The notes under the pieces: generated by a model
What the model was told of the DNA's origin: nothing
Databases searched by the model: none
Seen by the model: only the letters and a program-made list of their open reading frames with translations
Program-made: the position numbers and the translations under genes
Origin: an uncultured Spirochaetota bacterium
GTDB taxonomy: Bacteria > Spirochaetota > Spirochaetia > SZUA-6 > Fen-1364
DNA length: 64,000 nucleotides
NCBI GenBank assembly: GCA_963781885.1
Contig: CAWAHW010000004.1
Span: forward strand, 480,001 to 544,000
Reading direction: 5' to 3'
Part shown: positions 49,606 through 57,058 of the stretch, piece after piece
Layout of the letters: each line of letters starts with the position of its first letter
Position numbering within the stretch: the stretch's first letter is position 1

Positions 49606-50231
49606 GCGAAGAAATGCTCCTCCACCGCCGCGCACAGACAATGGTAGACTGGCAGGTGCAGCTCCTGGATCTCGAAGGTCCTCCGCGCGGGCACACTGAT
49701 GAGGATGTCGCAGAGGGAGGCCATCTCCCCGCCCCCCCTTCCCGTGAGCCCGACGGTCGTCATGCCGACGGCCCGCGCGACGACGAGCGCCGCGCGCACG
49801 TTCGCGGCGTTGCCCGACGTGCTGATGCCCAGCAGCACGTCGCCTTTGTTCCCGTAGCCCAGCGCCGCCTGCGCGTAAGAAAACGCGGCATTCACGTCGT
49901 TGCCGAAGGCCGTGGAAAGGGCGGTGTGGGCCGCGAGATTCATGGCGGGAAGACCGGTCTGGAGTTGGGAGGCAAGCTGCGGACCGAGCGCGGGGTCTGC
50001 CGCGCGCAGGAGAGCCTGCGTGTCCCGCGCGAGGGGTCGGGGCTTCAGGTATCCCTTCATCAGCTCCCCCACGATGTGATCGGCGTCCGCGGCGCTTCCT
50101 CCGTTGCCGCACACCAGAAGCTTTCCGCCCGCGGCAAAACAGGCGATCAGCGCTTCCGCCGCGGCCCGTATCCGGTCCTGGCACTCTGCCAGGACCGGGT
50201 AGCGCTGGATGAGCTCGGTGAGCTGTGTCAT
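49602..50231 (-). CDS. gmhA: SIS-domain phosphoheptose isomerase (GmhA-like)
   Basis: CGNGGSAADADH, ISTSGN and IQELHLPVYH motifs. Confidence 0.85.
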   Translation of the reverse strand: MTQLTELIQRYPVLAECQDRIRAAAEALIACFAAGGKLLVCGNGGSAADADHIVGELMKGYLKPRPLARDTQALLRAADPALGPQLASQLQTGLPAMNLAAHTALSTAFGNDVNAAFSYAQAALGYGNKGDVLLGISTSGNAANVRAALVVARAVGMTTVGLTGRGGGEMASLCDILISVPARRTFEIQELHLPVYHCLCAAVEEHFFA

Positions 50232-51241
50232 GTTTCCGACTCCCCGCGTCCCGGTTCCCCTTCGCGCGCGCGACCGTCCATCGCGACGGAGAGGCACGCA
50301 TAGTCCCCGATGCCCTCTCCCAGCGCGGCGGGCAATACCGCGCAGACGCGCGCTGCGCCGGCAAGGGCTTCCCGCCTGATCTCCGTTTCCATCGCCGGCC
50401 GGAGAAACTGCTCGCAGCGCGTGAAGATGCTGCCGATCACGATGCGCTGGGGGTTGAGGATGTCGATGATCAGCGCCAGGCCGCGGCCCAGCTGCCGCCC
50501 GCATTCGGCGAGGATCTCTATCGCCAGGGCGTCACCCCTCGCGGCGGCCTCGCCTACGTGACGGGCGGTGATCCCGGCGAGCGCGTGCCTGTCGGGACAG
50601 AAAAGCGGCGCGCGGCCGGTCTCGAAAGCCCGCTCCGCGGCCGTGCGGGCGAGCTTCGCGATGCCCCCGCCGCTGCAGAATCCCTCGAAAGAGCCCTGCT
50701 TGGCGTAGCCCTCGGGGCCCTCCTCGCTGAGCCGCATGTGTCCAACCTCACCGGCGAGATCGTTCGTGCCCTCGTAGAGCCTTCCGTCGAGGATGAGCCC
50801 CGCGCCCATGCCGGTGCCAAAAGTGAGGAAGACCATGTTGCGCGTTCCGCGACCCGCGCCGAAACGCCATTCGGCAAGGGCGCACGCATTCGCGTCATTC
50901 TGGAGGTATGCGGGGCAGTCCAGCGCCTGGCCGAGCTCGCGGGTTATCGGCACGTCGTCCCAGCCCGGGAGATTGGGAGGTCCCTGGATGAGACCCGCGC
51001 GGCTGTCCAGCGGTCCGCCGCAGCTCACGCCGACGGAGGAAAAGTGCTCGCCGTCCGCATACGCGCGCGCGAGCCGCCGCGCCTCCGCGGCGACTGCCTG
51101 CACGACGCCGCGCCAGGACCGCGCATGCGGTTCCGTGGGGAACGCGGCACGGCCGAGTATCGACATGCCGTCGCGCGCCGCGCGGCCCACGACCACGGCG
51201 GTTTTCGTCCCGCCGATATCCACACCAAGCAGAATCCCCAA
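50228..51241 (-). CDS. ROK-family sugar kinase
   Basis: GVDIGGTK, NDANACALAE, GTGMGAG and AGEVGH motifs; no HTH. SD GGAGGGGG before TTG 51241. Confidence 0.9.
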   Translation of the reverse strand: MGILLGVDIGGTKTAVVVGRAARDGMSILGRAAFPTEPHARSWRGVVQAVAAEARRLARAYADGEHFSSVGVSCGGPLDSRAGLIQGPPNLPGWDDVPITRELGQALDCPAYLQNDANACALAEWRFGAGRGTRNMVFLTFGTGMGAGLILDGRLYEGTNDLAGEVGHMRLSEEGPEGYAKQGSFEGFCSGGGIAKLARTAAERAFETGRAPLFCPDRHALAGITARHVGEAAARGDALAIEILAECGRQLGRGLALIIDILNPQRIVIGSIFTRCEQFLRPAMETEIRREALAGAARVCAVLPAALGEGIGDYACLSVAMDGRAREGEPGRGESET

Positions 51242-51318
51242 TTCCCCCTCCCCCGGCGTCGTGCAGTCTACCACCCCGACGGCGCGCCGCTCAATGACCC
51301 TCCGGCCCCCGGCAGACG

Positions 51319-51365
51319 AGCTACAATTCTGTAGCTTATCGGCGCGGATTCCTACCATCGTGTAT
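51319..51365. promoter_or_regulatory. Candidate tandem enhancer (bEBP) sites upstream of the glnA sigma54 promoter
   Basis: Perfect palindrome AGCTACA-attc-TGTAGCT (51319-51336). A 10/14-identical copy, CTACCATCGTGTAT, lies 31 bp downstream. Confidence 0.5.
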
Positions 51366-51441
51366 GTCGCCCGCTGGCACCGCTTTTCCGATACTGTGAG
51401 CAACTCCTTTACAAGGAATGAATTATCGACATAATGCTTCC

Positions 51442-51457
51442 TGGCATGAAAGTTGCA
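51442..51457 (+). promoter_or_regulatory. sigma54 (-24/-12) promoter of glnA
   Basis: TGGCATGAAAGTTGCA: exact GG-N10-GC spacing, preceded by an AT-rich tract. Confidence 0.8.
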
Positions 51458-51605
51458 TAATCACCATGGGGAGTAATATCCTGCGCCCGTGGCGGGTATT
51501 TCCCCGTTCCCTCCCGAGTTGCTCCAATCGCGACAAAAAGCGAATGGCGTGACAGTGGCCCTCGGCCGAGGCCCGGGGGGGATCATCAAAGCAAGGAGGA
51601 AAAAC

Positions 51606-53030
51606 ATGGCAATCGGCAAGACTCCGAAGGAGATCGTCTCCTTCATCTCGACGCAGAAAGTGGAGGTCGTCGACCTGCGCTTCATGGACTTCCCCGGGCT
51701 CTGGCAGCATTTCTCCGTCCCCGCGCGCGAGCTCACCGAGGAGGTCTTCGAAAAGGGTCTCGGCTTCGATGGATCGAGCATCAGGGGCTGGCAGGCGATC
51801 AACGAGTCCGACATGCTCGTGAAGCCGGTGGCGGACACGGCATTCATCGATCCGTTCCTCGCGGCGAAGACCCTCGTCGTGATCTGCAATATCTGCGACC
51901 CTCTCACCGGTGAAGACTACACGCGCGACCCGCGGAACATTTCCCGCAAGGCGGAGGCCTTCCTCAAGGGCACGGGGCTTGCCGACATCCCCTACTTCGG
52001 CCCCGAATGCGAGTTCTTCGTGTTCGACGACATCCGCTACGACCAGAACGAGCACGAGGGCTACTACCACATCGACTCCGTGGAAGGCCGCTGGAACACG
52101 GGGCGCAAAGAGGACCCCAACCTCGGCTACAAGATCCGCTACAAGGAAGGCTACTTCCCCGTCCCGCCGAACGACACGCTGCAGGACATCCGATCCGAGA
52201 TGATGCTCACGCTGGAGTCCATCGGCATCCCCATCGAGGCACAGCACCACGAGGTGGCCACCGGCGGCCAGTGCGAGATCGACATGCGCTTCAACAACCT
52301 GATCACGATGGCCGACAACGTTTTGAAATACAAGTACATCGTGAAGAACACGGCCAAGAAGCACAACAAGGTCGTCACCTTCATGCCCAAACCGCTGTTC
52401 GGCGACAACGGCAGCGGCATGCACGTCCACATGTCCTTCTGGAAGGACGGCAAGAACCTGTTCGCCGGCGACGGGTACGCGGGGCTCTCCCAGATGGCGC
52501 TCCACGCCATCGGCGGGCTCCTGAAGCACGCGCCGTCCCTCCTCGCGTTCGCCACGCCGACGACGAACAGCTTCAAGCGCCTGGTGCCGGGCTTCGAGGC
52601 GCCGGTGAACCTCGCCTATTCGCGCCGGAACAGGAGCGCATCCATCCGCATCCCGATGTACTCGCCGTCGCCCAAGGCGAAGAGGCTGGAGTTCCGCTGC
52701 CCGGATCCGAGCTGCAACCCCTACCTCACCTTCTCCGCAATGCTCATGGCGGCGGTGGACGGCATCCAGAACAAGATCGACCCGGGACAGCCCCTGGACA
52801 AGGACATCTACGACCTCCCGCCCGAGGAGCTCGCCGCGGTGCCGAAGACTCCGGGATCGCTCCGCGAGGTGCTCCGGTCGCTGCAGGCGGATCACGCCTA
52901 CCTCCTGAAGGGGGACGTGTTCACGACGGATGTCATCGAGACCTGGATCGACTACAAGATGAAGAACGAAGTGACGGCGCTGGATCTCCGACCGCATCCC
53001 TGGGAATACATGCTCTATTTCGATATCTGA
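51606..53030 (+). CDS. glnA: Glutamine synthetase type I (beta, adenylylatable)
   Basis: [44 protein letters not shown] and adenylylation-site DKDIYDL. AAGGAGG SD. Confidence 0.97.
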   Translation: MAIGKTPKEIVSFISTQKVEVVDLRFMDFPGLWQHFSVPARELTEEVFEKGLGFDGSSIRGWQAINESDMLVKPVADTAFIDPFLAAKTLVVICNICDPLTGEDYTRDPRNISRKAEAFLKGTGLADIPYFGPECEFFVFDDIRYDQNEHEGYYHIDSVEGRWNTGRKEDPNLGYKIRYKEGYFPVPPNDTLQDIRSEMMLTLESIGIPIEAQHHEVATGGQCEIDMRFNNLITMADNVLKYKYIVKNTAKKHNKVVTFMPKPLFGDNGSGMHVHMSFWKDGKNLFAGDGYAGLSQMALHAIGGLLKHAPSLLAFATPTTNSFKRLVPGFEAPVNLAYSRRNRSASIRIPMYSPSPKAKRLEFRCPDPSCNPYLTFSAMLMAAVDGIQNKIDPGQPLDKDIYDLPPEELAAVPKTPGSLREVLRSLQADHAYLLKGDVFTTDVIETWIDYKMKNEVTALDLRPHPWEYMLYFDI

Positions 53031-53051
53031 TAGTCCGATTCCTTCCTCCTT

Positions 53052-53081
53052 GGCCCCCCCTCTCGGGGGGCCGTCTTTTTT
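53052..53081 (+). terminator. Rho-independent terminator after glnA
   Basis: GGCCCCCC-ctctc-GGGGGGCC stem followed by GTCTTTTTT. Confidence 0.85.
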
Positions 53082-53109
53082 CCCGCACCTTGTGATAGAA
53101 TGACCAGCT

Positions 53110-53901
53110 GTGAAGGCTTTGCCGCAGAGTGCTCCCGACTGGTGCTTCTTCAAGCCCGGCATGGACGCCCGCACCTATTACGCGCGTCTGAAGGCCATCG
53201 GGTATGCGGGTGCAGAGCTCGTCGATCCCGTTCGATGGGAGGCGGCGGACGCGGCCGGGCTCCCCATCGTCGCGGTGGCCGCCCCCGGGATGGAGGAAGG
53301 GCTGGGCGTCGCCGCGCACCATGCGGCGCTCCTGCCGCAGATTCGGGCGTGCATGGAAAAGGCGGCGGCGCACGGCATCCCGCAGGTGATCGTCTTCAGC
53401 GGCAACCGCGAAGGCCGGCCCGGCGAGGAGTGCTTTTCGCATTGCGTCGCGGCAATGCGGCCCCTCGCCCGGGACGCCGAACGGCTCGGCCTCACCCTCA
53501 TCATCGAGATGCTGAACGGGACCGATCACCCGGACTACGCCGCCGACAGCTCGCGTTTCGGTTTCGACCTTGCGCGCGCCGTGGGCTCCCCCCGCTTCAA
53601 GGTCCTCTATGACATCTACCACATGCATCGCATGGGTGAAGACGTGACGGCGGACATCCTGGGAAATCTCCCGCTCATCGGACACCTCCACATTGCCGGC
53701 AGCCCCCGCCGGGACTTCCCGGGAACACGGCAGGAGATCGACTACCTGCGCATCGTGAAAGAGGTCGTCCGTGCGGGCTATACCGGTCTCTGGGGCCAGG
53801 AATGGCGTCCCGCGCACGATGATCCATGGAGCGAGCTGGAGGCTGCATTCATGCTCTTCACCCGCTACGCCGCCGAAGCGACCGTTCGCGACGGCGTTTA
53901 G
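53110..53901 (+). CDS. Hydroxypyruvate isomerase (Hyi)-family TIM barrel
   Basis: IVFSGNR, IEMLN, LYDIYHM, GHLHIAG and WGQEW motifs. Extended -10 TGaTAGAAT 8 nt before the GTG. Confidence 0.85.
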   Translation: MKALPQSAPDWCFFKPGMDARTYYARLKAIGYAGAELVDPVRWEAADAAGLPIVAVAAPGMEEGLGVAAHHAALLPQIRACMEKAAAHGIPQVIVFSGNREGRPGEECFSHCVAAMRPLARDAERLGLTLIIEMLNGTDHPDYAADSSRFGFDLARAVGSPRFKVLYDIYHMHRMGEDVTADILGNLPLIGHLHIAGSPRRDFPGTRQEIDYLRIVKEVVRAGYTGLWGQEWRPAHDDPWSELEAAFMLFTRYAAEATVRDGV

Positions 53902-53944
53902 CGGCCGCCCAACTCCGCGGACAGAGTGGAAGGGCAGACTCCGC

Positions 53945-55894
53945 TCATCGCGAAAGATTCCCCCGGATGAGGGAGACGAGCCCGGCAGGGTCGCTTTCCG
54001 CCAGCCGTGACAACACCCTTTTCCAGCGATAGGCGAAGCTCCCCTGCTCCTGGTCGGGAAGGTGCGCGAACAGCGTGTCGAATGCCTTGCGACGGCGCAC
54101 GTAGTCTTCCTGGAGACGCCGCAGCCTCTCCTCCAGGGTACCGAGGTAGACGCTGGTGAAGCCCGCGACGTCCGGCAGGAAGTCCGCCCTCCGGCGCACG
54201 GGGAGCGCGTAGGACGGGGCGAACTCCTCCAGGGGGCTTGCGTAGTCGTTGAAAGCCCCCGTATGGTCGGCGAGCACGATGTCGGCGGGCATTCCCGCCT
54301 CATCGAACACCATCACCTCGTCACCGTCGTCAAAGAGAGGACTGCCCCGCGCGTCGCAGCGGCCGACGACGATATTCGGCGCAGCCGCGCTCCCCAGCAG
54401 CCGCGCGAACTCCCGGGCGAAAACCTCCGATTCGAATCTGCGGGGTGGGAGCTTGTCGGTTGCCGTGCCGCGGATGTAGGCGCGCTCGAAGTACGGCGTC
54501 CAGATCGGGAAGGCGCCGCCCTCGCGCGTTTCATAGCGCTCGCTGATCCGCCGGGCCGCGATGCGGGCAGGAAGGTTCACGCCGAGCTGCCGGCAGCCAA
54601 GGCGCCGGTCCAGGATGTATTCCGTGTACTCCTCCGCCCTGATCATTGCATCCAGGAGACCGTCGCCCCGCTCGAGGTATTCCCGCACCCCCTGCTTCTG
54701 CATGCGGATGATGGACACGATCTCTTCGGGACTCTGCCGCTGTTTCAGCACCGCAACATACACGTCACGCCGCCCCCCCATGGCCGGTCTGCGGGACAGT
54801 GAGCTCACCACCCGACCGATATTCACGTGCTCCAGGTCCCCGTACTCGCGCACAAAATTGAAGATGAGCTTCCGCGGTTTCTCATCCGAAAGCCGGGCAA
54901 GCTCGGGGTCGGCGCTTCCGGTCGCCTGCTCCATGACGGGATCGAAGATGATCTCCCCCTGCTCGAAGCGGCCCCCGGGAAGCCATTCGATCTGGAGGAA
55001 GAACTCGGGGCTCAGGCCGAGCAGCGGCTCCTCCGCGGCCTGCTCGTCCTCGCGGCCCAGGAGCGCGCTTGCCATGCGGTTCCGCCATTCTATTGCATCG
55101 GGATCATCGCGGCGCAGCTCGGGTTTCACGCGGGAGACGAACAGCGCGGCCAGGTCCTCCCACGCCCGACGCAGCCCGGCGGGATCGAGGGAGCCCCAGT
55201 CCGGCCGCGCGAGATCGGCGCGTGGAATCCCCGTTCCCGGTGGAAAGAATGCGAGCTCGGGATAACCGGCGGCATTCCGCCTGCCGGCAAAATCGACGAT
55301 CTCCAAGAGCTGCGCGCGCAGGGACGCGTCGTCCAGGAGACCCAGCTCCTCGAAGCCCTGGCAGGTGAGATAGCGCACGCCCGTTGCAAGCCCGTAGTAG
55401 TAGATCTCGCGGCCGCCAATGCCGATCCGCGCGGATTCGATCAGCGCGCGCATCTCATCCGGTGTCTTGGGCAGGGGCGTGACGCGCCACAATTCGCCCC
55501 GCTCCCGGATGGCATCACGCACCCGCGCGTTGAGAACCCCGAGGAAATGGATCCTGTGCTTCGGCAGGAGCCGCTGGAGCATCTCGTCGGCCTGGAACGC
55601 CAGCGGCATTGCAAGCGGATCGGGTCGGATCAGGACCGCGTCGCGCGCGACGATCAGATCGACCGCGGCCTGCCATTCGAGATCCATCTCGGGCGGGCTG
55701 AGATCGGCAAGCCCCGCGCGGCGCCGCTCCGCGGCATACCAGTCGACGAATGCGTTGCGCTGCATCACGTGGATGCCCGGAAGCGTTACCAGGAGATCGT
55801 GGCGGGGAAATGCCGTCGCGATCCGCGGCGGGGATTTTCCGGTCGCAGCGGCGGCAAAAAGCGGCTCCCCGAGGAAGGTGATGGCAGCGCTCAT
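53945..55894 (-). CDS. Hypothetical protein (649 aa); C-terminal half possibly an atypical kinase fold
   Basis: Long ORF with normal protein composition, 7 nt downstream of the UroD-like gene. No family recognised with certainty. Confidence 0.75.
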   Translation of the reverse strand: MSAAITFLGEPLFAAAATGKSPPRIATAFPRHDLLVTLPGIHVMQRNAFVDWYAAERRRAGLADLSPPEMDLEWQAAVDLIVARDAVLIRPDPLAMPLAFQADEMLQRLLPKHRIHFLGVLNARVRDAIRERGELWRVTPLPKTPDEMRALIESARIGIGGREIYYYGLATGVRYLTCQGFEELGLLDDASLRAQLLEIVDFAGRRNAAGYPELAFFPPGTGIPRADLARPDWGSLDPAGLRRAWEDLAALFVSRVKPELRRDDPDAIEWRNRMASALLGREDEQAAEEPLLGLSPEFFLQIEWLPGGRFEQGEIIFDPVMEQATGSADPELARLSDEKPRKLIFNFVREYGDLEHVNIGRVVSSLSRRPAMGGRRDVYVAVLKQRQSPEEIVSIIRMQKQGVREYLERGDGLLDAMIRAEEYTEYILDRRLGCRQLGVNLPARIAARRISERYETREGGAFPIWTPYFERAYIRGTATDKLPPRRFESEVFAREFARLLGSAAAPNIVVGRCDARGSPLFDDGDEVMVFDEAGMPADIVLADHTGAFNDYASPLEEFAPSYALPVRRRADFLPDVAGFTSVYLGTLEERLRRLQEDYVRRRKAFDTLFAHLPDQEQGSFAYRWKRVLSRLAESDPAGLVSLIRGNLSR

Positions 55895-55901
55895 GTCCGT
55901 C

Positions 55902-56955
55902 TCAGCCCGACGCGTGGCCCGTCTCGTAGAGCGCGACGATATTCTCCGGCGGGCTCACCGCCTGGATATTGTGGCAGGGAGCGAGGATGTAGCCGCCGCC
56001 CTCCCCGAGGATGCGCAGGTTGTCCTCCACCTCCCGGCGCACGTCATCGACGCTGCCGAACGGCAGCGTCCTCTGGTTGTCCACGCCGCCGTGGAAGACC
56101 AGACGTCCGCCGAAGTCGCGCTTCAGCCCTTCCCGCTCCATGCCGCCGCAGCGCCACTGGATGGGGTTGAGCACGTCGATGCCCGCCTCGATCATGTCGG
56201 GGATGATGCGCCGGATGCCGCCGTCGTTGTGATGGAACACGAAGGCGCCCGCCTGGTGGACCACGTCGAATGATGCGCTTCATGCGGGGGATGAGGAACT
56301 CGCGGATCTGCGCCGGCGACAGCATGAGATCGTCCTGCGCCCCCATGTCCTCGGCGACGTAGGAGAAGGTCACCTTGCCGGGGATTGCGTCGAATATCGC
56401 CTGGGTGTCGGCATAGGCGAGATCGAAGAGCCGGTCGAGGCACCAATGCGCGATGTCGGGCTTTTCGATCAGGTCCACGAATGCCTGCTCGTCGCCCCGA
56501 AGGTCCTTGTAGATGAGGAAAGGCTCCGAGCCGCCTCCCCTCACGGGAAACCGCCCGTGCGCCGCCACTTCCGCGGCGATGCAGGAGTAGTCCATCCAGT
56601 CGGGGCTCGGCCAGCGATAGCCCGCCTTGATATCCGCAAGGGTTTCGAAACCCGCCAGCGGATGATGAATACACTCGCGGTAGGAGCCCGTGCCATAGGA
56701 GACGCTGCGGTAGCGGCAGCCGAACGCATCGGTGTCCGGTGGAAGGGCCGGCCCGGCATAGCGCGGCTGGGCAAGGAACGGCTTGTCGATGTGCAGGCGG
56801 TCGTACATCTGCTCCACGGTGGCGCAGCCGAGATGCTTCATGAGCCGCGCGGTTGCTTCATCCGTCGCCCAGTAGTCCATCGGAACCCTGTCGGGCCTTT
56901 TCCGATTGAGGACCGCGAGCCATCTCTCCCGGGGGCTCATGGTGTCTTTTGCCAT
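55902..56955 (-). CDS. Uroporphyrinogen decarboxylase (UroD/MtaA)-family protein; one frameshift near 56270
   Basis: MSPRER...PDRVP and AEDMGAQ...LSP in one frame; HHNDG, NPIQ, FHGGVDNQ and GGYILAPCHNIQ in the next. Confidence 0.88.
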
Positions 56956-57058
56956 GAGACGATTGGGCGCCCGAGTGTGCTCCCTTGTCAACTCATCGGG
57001 CGCGAGGTGCGTGCCCCACGTGGGCGCGGACCGGCGTTTCTGCTACAATGCCGGCGCA

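Noticed and set aside
51375-51389. Second sigma54-like box TGGCAC-N5-TTCC upstream of glnA
   Set aside because: It lacks the conserved -12 GC, and the downstream box at 51442 is a full match.
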